A stretch of 62,946 bases of DNA, filler included, from Licmophora abbreviata (GCA_900291995.1; 11 parts of 11 records of this genome joined end to end with filler, not necessarily neighbours in it), one strand, 5' to 3'. Numbered from the whole stretch's first letter, positions 11,276 through 22,808 are shown. Program-made: numbers and translations. The notes: generated from the sequence alone by a model not told the origin.

Positions 11276-12872
11276 TCAGTCTAAGTAGGATCGCACCTGC
11301 TCGAGAAAAGCGCTTGCGGACGACAATCCACCCACAATATCTGCTTCTCGTTTCAAAGGAGCCCTCGTCGTCGTCGGGTTGCTGTTTTCGAGAGCCGACA
11401 GGATGGCCTGAAATCGTTCGTCGACTTCTCTCATTTTCAAAGCTATAGCATCATCGCGATTCGCAAGAATGCCACGTGGGCGTCGGAAAAGTTTCGAGAG
11501 GAAGTCCCCAAGACGTGAACATGATAGGACGGGCTGCGGAGGCTCTGCGAGCGCATACTCTGCTCCTTCTGGATCTTCCGCTTCTGCGCGACAAGCCGAG
11601 ATGATGTTTTCAAGCAAATTAGTTTGACCCTTGAGTGTTTCTTTCTTGGCCCCAGCTTTGATCTGCGAGACCAGTCTATCATCATCAGTGCAAGAAAACG
11701 ACAGTGAAAATGTGTGAGATTCTGCGCTGCGCGGTAGATAGAACGTCATCTAGGATCTACTCACATGTTGGACTTGACAAACACGACAACCAGTCCAACT
11801 TCAATGAAGATATCTGTTGTTCCAACGCGAGAGGCCACCCATCGAATTTCAACGTTGAAACTTTCCGTGAGAGGTACTCCGCGTATCTCTACCGTCATGG
11901 CTAGAACGCACCGATCGTGTCCATCGTTTCGGCAGTACTGTGTGTGCTTCACATGGATCACTGGAGGTCCAATAGTCGTGTGAGTAGTCCGTACGAACTC
12001 AATATTGACAACCTGTTTAGTAGAGACAGCGAGAGTTAGAGGTGTCTTCCGTCGCATACGTAGTGGTAGTATACACTGCAACTCACTCGCTTCTGAGAAT
12101 ATTTTTCTCCATTCCAGTTCGCTGTGAATTCATTTCCCTCCTTGGCAAACTCCCAGTCCTCCACGTTGACCTTATTGTTGCCGCCATCTGATAACCACGG
12201 GCCATAGAACGGCTCCTTGTCTGTATTGATACCTTCCGACCATATCGTGTCGTAGTACTGCTTGACTGTCACTCCCTTGAGCCTTTTTCGAATGACGACA
12301 TCCATATTGTGCAGTGTCATGTCAGGATCCACGTCAGGAAGTCCCATCGCGTCTCCTTGTTCATGCGCCTCGGTAAGCATCCTCCCAAGATAAAAGGGAC
12401 CTCTTATTTTCCTAATAGTGGAAGGCGTCGGTACCGTCTGAGCCACTTTGAAGCCTCTTTTGGCAGCATGATACATAGCAGAAAGCCCTTCTAGAGTAGA
12501 CGCTTCAATGGACCGCACTGTAGTGGCACCGGTGCTATGGTCCCATCCTGTGCTCCCGACGGATGTTTCACTGGTGGCTAGTTCCTCACTCTGTTCCCCT
12601 TGATGCTTTTGCTGCTGCTGTTTGGGTGCAGGACGAATGTACTTGTTGATTTTCGTCATGTCCATTGGAGAGACAGTATGATGTTGTACAGGCACCACAG
12701 CTTGTTGTGCGACTCCTGGAACTCCCTCTTTCCTTATTCCTGCCTCTTGGATGAAAGTGCGCATCATCTTGTCGTCTTCGGTGGCACCACTAAGAGTATG
12801 GGCAGCAACCTCGGACGATGCATCCATACGCGGGATGTCACTTTCCCTGTTTGTCGGTGCCGTCGAATCCAT
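11276..12872 (-). CDS. VASt (StARkin, LAM/GRAMD1-type) lipid-transfer domain protein
   Basis: Introns 12013-12086 and 11676-11764 join VNVEDWE...KR|VVNIEFVRT...IGPP...TQYC...GVPLTESFNVEIRWV...VVFVKSN|ILVSQIKAGA, a VASt pattern. Confidence 0.8.
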
Positions 12873-13401
12873 CCCTTCTCGGTCGTTTTTTCAAGCCAAA
12901 ATTCCACCAGAAAGCGAGCGATCCGATCCAAAATGGAAGCTAGCGATGGAAACAGAGCAAATCTAAGGGGATGTGATGGTATGGGGACGTTGTGAGAGTC
13001 GCCGTTCACCAACATGGAACATTCGTCGCGGCATCGCGTCCCGCGTCTTGGAAACTTTTTGCGTCTGCCGATGCGATGAGAGACGGCGGAGGGACAGTTT
13101 TTCTCTGTGACTCGACTCACTCGACTGTTCGCGACTGGCCGGCTGGCTCTCCTTAGTGTTCGTGTTGCGACAAGTTTAGTCCCATGCTGCATCCTTCACA
13201 CAACGATCGCGTCGCCGCTTTATTGTCGCGGACGATTGACATGTGTGCCATGTCAATAGCCTATCCTAAAGGAAGACTGATCCTCTGTATACAACCGCTT
13301 TTGCCCTTTTACGCACCGAACGATAGAAATCCTTCAAAGAATCGAAAGCTGCTTTTTCTTGATTTAGAAGAAACAATTTTTATCTTTCCATCAGCAACGG
13401 C

Positions 13402-16400
13402 ATGAATCCCTTGGGGAGCATGTCCGCCGACGAGAGGCGAGACTTCTTTGTGCGCCTGATGAGTGGTGAGACGGATAGGAACGAAGAGGTCGATACGTCC
13501 ATCAAGTGTCCCACATGTCAGTCTCGTTACGAAAAGCAAGACACCAGAATCAGCACCAGCTCGCACACTAGTAGCTCATCATCGCCCAATTTACAGCAGA
13601 CGCTCTCTCATGGCGCCATGAAGATTTTTGTGCAAGGCGCGTGTCCCATTTGTCTGGAAGAGAAATGTGGACCGGTGAGTGATGCAATCTCTCTTGAGAG
13701 AGTACTGATGATGGTGATGAGTGGTGGTCCTGTCGAAAGAATTTTCCCATCTCACTCGTCGTTGTTTTTCCTTTCGTCACCCGTGCTCGACGATCATTTA
13801 CAGCCCATGGTGGCCTTGCCATGTGGCCATCCCTTGTGCATGGACGACTTTCAGAACATTGGTGGTTCGCTTACTTCCAACGAGGAGACATCGTCATCAG
13901 CTGGCTCCAGAAATCCCAGAATCGACGGCACAATGGCAATGACGGACATGCTCATGACCTTGGGGCTGGGAGGAGACATCGATGACGACGACGACGATAG
14001 TGACTATCGTGAATCGGAAGAAGAGATGTCAGACGATAGTGACGATGACATGCCTGCACTCGAACCCATGGTTCTTGGTAACGATTCTCACTCGACACCG
14101 CACGACGACGATGGGAGCAGTNNNNNNNNNNNNNNNNNNNNNNNNNNNNNNNNNNNNNNNNNNNNTTAATTAATTAANNNNNNNNNNNNNNNNNNNNNNN
14201 NNNNNNNNNNNNNNNNNNNNNCGACACCGCACGACGACGATGGGAGCAGTGACGACGACAGTGTCCCTCCGTTGGTCGAACGTGGCCAAATCATGTCTGA
14301 CTCGTCTGACGACGACTCGTCTGACTTGGACTTTCCACCGCAGCGACGAAACCGAGGCAACTGTGCACCTCCTCGCATCGGGAACGAAGATGATTCGGAA
14401 GATGAAAATGATGTTCCGGGCCTTGGTCCCATAGATATGATACCTTATCCAATGGAGAACTTTGTCGCTTCGGAAAGTGAGTACTCAAGCAATGAGGAAG
14501 ACGGCGATGAAGATAGTAGCATCCCTCCCTTGGAGCCGCTGGTCGCCAATATGGCAGATTCTTCGAACGATGATTCAGATGTACCTCCCTTACTCAATGG
14601 GCAAAATTCCTCGGACGAGTCGGATGATGATATCCCACCTCTTGGACACCAGCACGACTCTGACTCGTCTGGGGACGAGTCGGAAGAAGTCGTACTTGTC
14701 CCGCAGCGGCAGCCTTGTCCGGAGTTCCGGGAGTTGATGCCTGGTCCGACCGCCGAGGAGATTGCGCGGGCTGACCAGGTACCCCTGGGCAGGTTTAATC
14801 ATTGCGAACTTCTTCGTTTCCCGTCACAGTTGCAATGCGGCGGTGAAGGATCGGCTCCGGAAGCTTTCTCTCTTTCCCCCCCTGCAGGCCCGCTGGAGAG
14901 GCTTTTCTGCAAGAACGATCCACCATGCGGACAAGGTCGAAACGCTGGAGCAAGGGAAGCAGTTCCGACAGCGATGGGGTGCTTTGGTCGCTGCTGTGAG
15001 TGGCGCTGCTGTATTGGAACTTCCGAACTCGTGGGAGACCCTCAAGCGGGAGAGGTTCAACATGGCACGGATCCTCGAAGACTTTGAAGGCGACGAGGAG
15101 ACTCATGAAATGCTCGAGTCAGCCGCTGCAGCAGCGCTGGCCGAAGAAGACGATGATGACAATAATGATGACGAAGATGAGACCGTCGATTCTATTGAAG
15201 ACTCGTCACTGGGGTCACCTGAGTCCCCCGACTTAGACTTCCATCTTGTTCAAGCGGCTGACAGCATCAAATTTACACAGGATGTGCTGAAGTGGCTGAA
15301 ATTTGCCGATGGAAAATACAGGGATCTCTTTGTCAAGCGAATTCGGCAACTTGTGTCCGGCGAACGATCCCGTATTCTGGCCAAGGGCCTAGTCGGCTGC
15401 AAGACTTCCATATACGAAACCTATTTGGAACAAAAATCTGGAAAGCGTATCCTATGGACGCCCTGCACAGAAGAGGATGGAAGCTCAACGATCCTTGTTT
15501 GGTACGTCTGTAACCACAAGCATGTCTCGCGTTATATGGGTCTCATCGACGAAGCGGAAAAACGTTCGACTCGTGGTCTTGTTTCTGCTTCGAGTTTTCT
15601 TGGCAGAGAACTCACTTCTGGCGATAGCATGACACTCGGAAGGAATGCAATCCTCCTTGACCCGATGGCTGACAGTCCGCTGAAGCTCTATCAGGTTCTA
15701 AGCAATGAAGTGCCATGGCTGGAAGAAGACTGGGAGCCGCCGCTGCGCCTCACAGAGGACGAACGCGTGTGTGTAGAAAAGTTCGGTACGGTGCTCTTAA
15801 TCGGTCGTTCGGGAACAGGTAAGTTACCGACGCTTGTGCGATTGTTGAACTTGCCCCGTAGTCTGGTATATTGATCTACGGTCCTCTCGTTTTATCACAG
15901 GCAAAACCATTTGTATTTGTAATCGCATGAACTTTGATCGCGTTCAAGCCCAGGACAGGCCGTTGCGACAGCTCTTTGTGGCTCGATCGAGACGACTGTG
16001 CTCGCAGGTGAGGGATTTGGTCGAAAATAGCGGTGACCCATACAACAACGATCTTTCCAACAAAGAGGCCTCGTATATGAAATTCAAGGATTTCAGGGAT
16101 GAGTGCAACAGGCGCCTCCCGCCGAGCGAAGGCGACAAACCTATGCTCCCGGGCCGGGAAGTTGACTTTCATCGCTACAAGCGTGAATTCTACCGCGAAA
16201 AGATCGATGGCGCGCTTAATCCGCTTGTGATTTGGACGCAAATTCGCTCTTTCATCAAGGGGTCCATCGAAGCGGCGCAGAAGAACAGTCCATTGGGAAG
16301 GGACGAGTACTTGCAGCTTGCGGAGAGTCGCTGCCGACTGAAGGCTGATCAGCGCCTCGTCGCGTATTCCGCGTTTGAGTCTTACCAGAGAAAGCTGAAG

Positions 16401-17666
16401 GAAGATGACCTGTGGGACGATTGCGATATGGCCGCAAGAATCATTCGCAACTACAACAGGGCTGACAGTCATTCTCGCCACGAGGCCCTGTATGACAAAA
16501 TCTACGCAGACGAAGTGCAGGACTTCGTCCAGTCTGAGCTTGCTCTGTTCTACCTCTTGTGTAGTCAAGGCGGCCTCTTCTTTGCAGGCGACACGGCCCA
16601 GTCAGTGGTGGAAGGAGTTACATTTCGCTTTGAAGACCTACGTATGGTAGCTTATAGCCTCTATGGGGGCGATCGTCGCTACGTGCCGGAGAAAGCGCTG
16701 AAGGTCAAGGTGAATTTCCGATCGCACTCCGGGGTGCTGAACGTGGCGGCCGCCGTGCTGGAGCGACTCTACAAGACCTTCCCAGCAAGCTTTAACAAGC
16801 TCGAGGCGGATGAAGGCTACTACTTGGGACCTCGGCCTGGAGTGTTCAAAAACGTTGACAATGTCAGCTTACGATCTCTGTTGGAGAGAAACGATGGCTT
16901 AATTGTTCTCACGCATGACGAAAACACTGAAGAACTGAAGAAAGATATTGGTGGAGAGCTTGGCAAATTTGTCCTCGGCATTCGAGATGCCAAAGGATTG
17001 GAGTTTCCGGATGTCATCATTGTGAACTTCTTTTGCAACCTTTCATCGGAGCACCACAAGCCATGGAAGACAATGCTTCTCAATTCGGAGAGAGGCGATC
17101 TCCTTCCGGGTCTACCCGAGCTTGAACCGCAAATGAAGTTGCTGTACACTGCCATCACACGATGCGCGAAGCGTCTCTTCTTCGTAGAGACGAAGAAGAG
17201 CATTGCTGGGGACGCCTTTGTTCGCTGGCTGACGCGTGGAGAGAAGCCATTAGCCGAATCCCAAGACGCCTCCAAGGTCGAGAAAATGCTGACGCCTGAC
17301 GAGTGGCGTTCGAGCGGGGTCGACTATGCCAACTTTGCCGAAACAAATGATTCACCCACTGCGGCGATTGCGTGGATTGAACGAGCGATTCGCTGCTTTG
17401 GCAGGGTGGACGACACATCGCTTATCCGTCGAGCGGAGACGCACCTTGAAAGCTTGCAGCTCCGCACGGCGCTCGATAAGGAAACAGATCGGCTCAGCGA
17501 TGAAAGGGAGAAACAGGTCGCCAAGCTAGCGCTTGCATGTGCCGACGAACGACTTGTGCCGGAACTTTATCAACTTGTGAAGACTTCACTGCCGCTGCTT
17601 GGGGCGTATTCTCGAGCGAAATTGCAAACGTTGGTCCTGGACAAGCTCGACCAATACGTGGACTAA
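13402..17666 (+). CDS. RING-like + acidic region + RelE/ParE-like module + TRANK1-type UvrD/SF1 helicase
   Basis: Intron 15819-15900 restores Walker A GRSGT|GKT; also DEVQD, AGDTAQSV, VNFRSHSG, AKGLEF and LYTAITR. Intron 13675-13803 restores CPICLEE..P|PMVALPCGHPLC. The frame change near 14780-14890 is either intron 14779-14887 or a 1-nt indel. Contigs overlap across the 14122 spacer. Confidence 0.85.
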
Positions 17667-17990
17667 GGCAGACTGGACGATATTGCGCGAATCACTACCT
17701 CATACCATAGTGAGCGTGAAGCGAGAAACGGCTCACATAGATCAAGTATGACTAAACATGGGGATCCTCACTACTCTACTTTTGTTATAAAAGGAATGAA
17801 GCAACGGGACTGTGCGTCAAGGGATTGCGTAGTGCACTACTTTGCATCGATATCGTCTTGCATCACATCAGCGCGGCTGTGCCCCCATTACGCGCGGATT
17901 GAAAACGCGAAAACGCGCAACACACCGCGACAAGATTGACAGCCGGCATAATAGTCTTCGCACTGTAGTCCACTTTGAGTACACCTGACC

Positions 17991-19346
17991 ATGACACCCG
18001 CTAAATCAGATGCAGTGTCATTCGTTTCTGAGCTCTCTCCAACGGAAGTTTCCGATTTAAAGTTTCAGCTACAAACTTTTGTCGTACGCCATGCTTCGCA
18101 TCACCGCCCTGTCGCCTTGGTAACCAGCGGCGGGACGGCAGCCGACCTGGAACGAAACAGCGTTCGCTGCCTGGATAACTTTTCGACCGGCCTTCGAGGA
18201 GCGATTTCGGTAGAAGAGTTTCTCAAGCGTGGATATGCCGTAATTCATCTGTGTCGGCGGGGTAGTGCCTCGCCATATGGAAGGATCTTGTGTCAAGTGA
18301 TGGGCATGACGCAAGCCAACCATGGCGTGACAAATGAAGGTTTGGGAGTGTTGTTTTCGGGAACCAACCCAGATGAAGATCATGAAGATGAGATCGTCAA
18401 ATCAGTGTTACAAGACGACCCCTGGTTGACCGAAAAGACTCCTCAGCATGGCACCGGGCGGGGAACTGCGCACGCTACAAGCACACGTCTTGATGATGGA
18501 AGCATTACCTTACACCGCCGTGTGGCTCACAATCAACGACTTTCTCGAGCACTGCGAGAAAGATCAGTAGCGCTGAAGGAAGGTCGGATACTCACTGTTC
18601 ACTTTCGTACGTTGGAAGAGTACCTTGCAAAGCTAGAGCTATCGGCCGAGGCGCTCCGTGACAGCCAATCTCTTGCTATTCTGTATCTGGCGGCGGCAGT
18701 CAGTGATTTCTATATTCCTGACTCCTTGAAGAGCGAACATAAGATTCAAAGCCAAGAGGGCGAGGGACAAGAGCCAGGACTGACGTTGAAACTTCACCCC
18801 GTTCCGAAAATGATGGGTGTGCTGCGCGGAGCTTGGGCACCGGATGCGTTTGTCGTGAGCTTCAAGCTGGAAACCGACAAAAGGATCCTTCGCCAGAAGG
18901 CTGAGAGGGCAGTCACAACGTATGGTGTCCACATGGTGATTGGAAATCTCTTACAGACACGACACGAACGAGTTTGGGTCCTGCATCCGCCTGCCAGTGA
19001 TGCCGCAGTCGGTCCATCGGAATGGCCGATGAAAGAAGTGACTCGGCCCGCGTCGTCAGATCTGGATGCCCTGGAAGAGGCATTGATATCGTTTGTCGTG
19101 GAACAACACTTTGACTATATCTCCCACCATTGGAATGGACAGGGGTCTCATCTATCTGGAACAGAGGCCGCTATGCGAACCCACGAGATGCTCCTGGAAA
19201 AGAAACGAAAGGTCGAACGTGACCTCTTTTGGAAACGGGTGTGGAACGGAGCTTTGCAGGTTTCGGGTTCCTTGTTGGGCATGGTGATCACCTTTGGCAT
19301 CTCCACGATTTTACAACGTCGAATGATGGTACACTCCCGGAGATAA
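17991..19346 (+). CDS. PPCS: Phosphopantothenate-cysteine ligase (CoaB/CAB2)
   Basis: VALVTSGGT, VRCLDNFSTGLRGA, YLAAAVSDFY, AFVVSFKLETD and VIGNLLQTR. Confidence 0.93.
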   Translation: MTPAKSDAVSFVSELSPTEVSDLKFQLQTFVVRHASHHRPVALVTSGGTAADLERNSVRCLDNFSTGLRGAISVEEFLKRGYAVIHLCRRGSASPYGRILCQVMGMTQANHGVTNEGLGVLFSGTNPDEDHEDEIVKSVLQDDPWLTEKTPQHGTGRGTAHATSTRLDDGSITLHRRVAHNQRLSRALRERSVALKEGRILTVHFRTLEEYLAKLELSAEALRDSQSLAILYLAAAVSDFYIPDSLKSEHKIQSQEGEGQEPGLTLKLHPVPKMMGVLRGAWAPDAFVVSFKLETDKRILRQKAERAVTTYGVHMVIGNLLQTRHERVWVLHPPASDAAVGPSEWPMKEVTRPASSDLDALEEALISFVVEQHFDYISHHWNGQGSHLSGTEAAMRTHEMLLEKKRKVERDLFWKRVWNGALQVSGSLLGMVITFGISTILQRRMMVHSRR

Positions 19347-19553
19347 CTAGATCCCTTAACTAGAATAGTAGAAATGGCGAGCGTGGATGAACCGGTATAA
19401 GGCGCTTTCATCCGAATGCACCCCTGCTTTCTCTCGTCTCGCGTACGAGCGCGCGCGTTGATGAATGCGATGCGTCATCACGACGACGACGAGCGACGAG
19501 CGCGATTATGAGATTCGACCATGACATACATGATGTCGTGATGAAGAGTGACG

Positions 19554-20657
19554 ATGGTGGACTTTACGGCCTCGTATTCATGTAGAGATCTCGTTCTGTA
19601 TGCCCTAGCGCTCGGGTTTGGTTCATCATCAAAAGATGAAGACGACGAGCTGAGGTATCTCTACGAGCGTCATCCCTCGTTCGCAGCCGTGCCGACATTT
19701 CCGCTTGTCTTGGCGTTCTGGGCGAATCAAAACGGTGGGAAGTTCGAGGGGCTACCGCCATTTCCACCTCCCGTGATGTCGAATCTGCTACCAGATCGAT
19801 TTCTGCGGTCACCATCGGAGTCGTTGATGGCTCATGGTCGGAGGAAGCGAATGCCAATCATACATGTTAGGCAGTCGATAGTGTGGCATCAACCGACCCC
19901 CGTTCCGTCTCGACAGCAGAGTTTGAAGGAGGACGTGTTTGCGCGGACTCTCCTTAGAGAATCCTTAGTATCAGTTGTGCCCAAATCAGTCGGTACTTTC
20001 GTCACGAATCAAACTGAGGTTCTACTCACAAATAAGGGGAACAGTTGCACAACCAAAAACAATCGTTTATGTACGCTACAGTCGACGACGCTTCTGTTGG
20101 GTATGCCAGCTGAGAATGTAATCCTTTACCAAGCCACAAATCAGCAGGTTCATCGTGGAACCCAAGCCAGCGCGACGAGACGAACCAACTCGCCCAGCTT
20201 TGAGTGGAGTTACACCACGACGGCTACTCAGGCCCTGCAGTATCGAATGGCGAGTGGCGACTCCAACATGATTCATGTCGACACCAAAGCAACGACGCCA
20301 ATGATAAGGAGGGATGGGTCTCGACCATTGCTACACGGACTGTGTACGCTGGGTATAACTGTTCGGGGGATACTGCGATATCTGCGGATTGACGCTGAGA
20401 TATCATCCGAATTGTCGAGTTTGGAGTGCCGCTTTGTCACTCCAGTGTTTGTGGGTGATTCCCTCCTTGTTCAAGTTTGGAATGAGGTGGTGGACCCGAC
20501 ACAGAATCATGGAACTTTCGAGGGGAGACGCCAATTGGCTTTTCAAGTCATAAACAGGTCCACTGAAGAGGTTTCCCTGGATGGCATTGCGGTTATTGCC
20601 GCCAACAGGCACGCAGGTCCACTTCACGCATCCACGAAGAAACGCGCAAAGCTTTAA
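19554..20657 (+). CDS. Peroxisomal enoyl-CoA hydratase 2 (MaoC double hot-dog)
   Basis: DLVLYALALG, hydratase-2 motif YRMASGDSNMIHVD, LLHGLCTLG and RFVTPVFVGD; C-terminal PTS1 -AKL preceded by basic residues. Confidence 0.85.
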   Translation: MVDFTASYSCRDLVLYALALGFGSSSKDEDDELRYLYERHPSFAAVPTFPLVLAFWANQNGGKFEGLPPFPPPVMSNLLPDRFLRSPSESLMAHGRRKRMPIIHVRQSIVWHQPTPVPSRQQSLKEDVFARTLLRESLVSVVPKSVGTFVTNQTEVLLTNKGNSCTTKNNRLCTLQSTTLLLGMPAENVILYQATNQQVHRGTQASATRRTNSPSFEWSYTTTATQALQYRMASGDSNMIHVDTKATTPMIRRDGSRPLLHGLCTLGITVRGILRYLRIDAEISSELSSLECRFVTPVFVGDSLLVQVWNEVVDPTQNHGTFEGRRQLAFQVINRSTEEVSLDGIAVIAANRHAGPLHASTKKRAKL

Positions 20658-20844
20658 GAAGAATTAACCACGACATACGACTATCATACTATAATTTCAA
20701 TGAATCATAGATACCTTCCGCCAATCACTCTTTTCTCCTCAATANNNNNNNNNNNNNNNNNNNNNNNNNNNNNNNNNNNNNNNNNNNNTTAATTAATTAA
20801 NNNNNNNNNNNNNNNNNNNNNNNNNNNNNNNNNNNNNNNNNNNN

Positions 20845-21640
20845 TCTGACGCAACGCTTCGCGATACTGCTGCGAAACAGAGACAGCTGACCGGTTGAAG
20901 TCTTTTACCTGTTCCACGAGCTGCACCTGCACCTCATGCGGCTCCATCTCCTCAATCAGTTCGGAGCTTATCGTTTCGCGGTCGCTCATGGCAGATGTGG
21001 ACATGATGATGCGCCCAATGGCACTGTAGGTACTCATAATGTGGATAAGGAGGATGGTACCGATAACTAGGCATGCCAGTGCCCAAGCAGGCTTCATAAC
21101 CAAACACCAGAATAGGCAGACCCAGATAAAGAAGAGGTACATGGATGCCAGAATAAGACGACTTGGTAGGTTTGCCCCGTACATTCCAATGGAAGACCGG
21201 AGGACGGCATGAACGTTTTGGTCACTGACCACGCTAAAAATTCCCCAAGCAGTGAAGTTGCAGGCCAGTGCCGCGATTGAAGACAGAATCGAGAAGCACA
21301 AGAAGGCTCCGGCCACAGTCTTGAGATTAGTCTCTTTGTTGTCCATTGCATCGCGAACTTCTTGAACTGGATCTGAGGGCGAAAAGAATACCCCAATCTC
21401 CGTGCTCAACATGAGAGAAAGAAACACTGTGTTGGACGCCATCCTCTGTGTCAGAAGAGTCCGGAGCTCGCGTCCATCTTTCTTGGAAAAGATGAGGTGC
21501 TTTCTCCACACGCCGAACTGGTCAACAGAAAATAAGTGCTCCTGTGGAAACTTCGGAAGCCCAAACCAGAAAAGGCGCATCGTCTGTTCTCTCGATTGAG
21601 ATTGCTGCGTCGCTCCAGATTTTCCAACAAAAAAAGGCAA
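20845..21640 (-). CDS. Uncharacterised 4-TM membrane protein (paralog of 7526-9196), 3' cut by gap
   Basis: LRTLLTQRMASNTVFLSLMLSTE...FTAWG...LRSSIGMY aligns with the 9-kb gene. Start uncertain; first in-frame ATG at 21580. Confidence 0.75.
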
Positions 21641-21764
21641 ATGCCAACAATCGAGTTCGATCTCTCGCTTCTTGTGGGTATGGTATTAGAGACGAGGCAG
21701 GATGCGATGCTTCACTCACTACGATCTCTCTCAATAAGCTCTCACGCCGTCATGACTGAGTGGT

Positions 21765-21791
21765 GATGATGATGATGATGATGATGATGAT
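21765..21791. repeat. (GAT)9 microsatellite
   Basis: Nine perfect GAT units in a divergent intergenic region. Confidence 0.9.
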
Positions 21792-22039
21792 ATCGTCCTC
21801 AACACTTCTCTCGTCGCTGCAGAATAGAAAAGCGCGCGTTGAGATCTTGGATACCTCCCCAGCCCTCTGAATGGAGAACGTCCGATCGATCAAACCACAT
21901 TTGAGTAGCAACATAGTCTTCTCGACTTCTAGGAACGCTCGATTTTTAACAAAAATGCGCGCCCCAAATTCCAAACGGACGAACATCGCACCGCAACATA
22001 TCGCTCACTCTTTCTCAACAACTTTGAACCTCCGGCGAC

Positions 22040-22774
22040 ATGGCACCTCGAGCCGGCTCGGAAGCAGCTGCTCGGCTGGCACGCCTCCCAGATTGTCCTG
22101 ACCTATGGGAGAGTATCGAAGGAAAGTATGAAGAGATGCTGGTCGCCAAAGGCGACGATAAACTCAAGAAACTGGATGCCACCTTGGAGGCCATGGGTGC
22201 GAGACTTCGTGACGTCGAGATGAACAATGACACAGCGCCATTTATATCCAAAAAGGAGCTGGTTCAGGTCATGACATGGAAAATGAGCAAGGGAAAGTGG
22301 CGTCCCCTTATGAAACATATTGAGAAAAACTTAGAAAAGGAAGTCAAGACGTGTTCGAGTGGGAGTTTCGCCTTGGCACAAGAAGGTGATATCAGGGGTG
22401 CTGTAAAGGAAATGGCTCGACTCAATGGTGTCGGTCCGGCCACTGCCAGCGCAATTCTCAGCCTCTATCGACCGGATTTGTTTGCTTTCATGTCTGACGA
22501 GGTGATTGATAGTTTGCATAGCGGCAAGCGCGACTATACGCTTCCTATTTATTTGAACGTCAATAAGAAATGCACAGATCTTGCTGCAGCATTGGGAGAC
22601 GACTGGACCCCTCGACGTGTTGGAAAAATCATGTGGACGGCTGCGCGAGTCCTTGCTACAGGAGGAGAGGACTTCACGGCGGATGTGGCTAGAAAAGAGG
22701 GTAACAAGCGGTCAACTGACTCTGGCGGGACTGGACCGGCCAAATCGAAGAGAAGAAGAAAGGGTAGCAAATAG
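22040..22774 (+). CDS. Helix-hairpin-helix (DNA glycosylase-like) conserved protein
   Basis: ELVQVMTWKMSKGKWRP, HhH motif LNGVGPATASAILS, FMSDE; basic NLS-like tail KSKRRRK. Confidence 0.7.
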   Translation: MAPRAGSEAAARLARLPDCPDLWESIEGKYEEMLVAKGDDKLKKLDATLEAMGARLRDVEMNNDTAPFISKKELVQVMTWKMSKGKWRPLMKHIEKNLEKEVKTCSSGSFALAQEGDIRGAVKEMARLNGVGPATASAILSLYRPDLFAFMSDEVIDSLHSGKRDYTLPIYLNVNKKCTDLAAALGDDWTPRRVGKIMWTAARVLATGGEDFTADVARKEGNKRSTDSGGTGPAKSKRRRKGSK

Positions 22775-22808
22775 ACTGTCTTTGTATGCTTTCCGCGCGA
22801 TCGCAATC

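Noticed and set aside
15876..16568. 230-aa antisense ORF inside the helicase
   Set aside because: Opposite to conserved helicase motifs; no independent coding signal.
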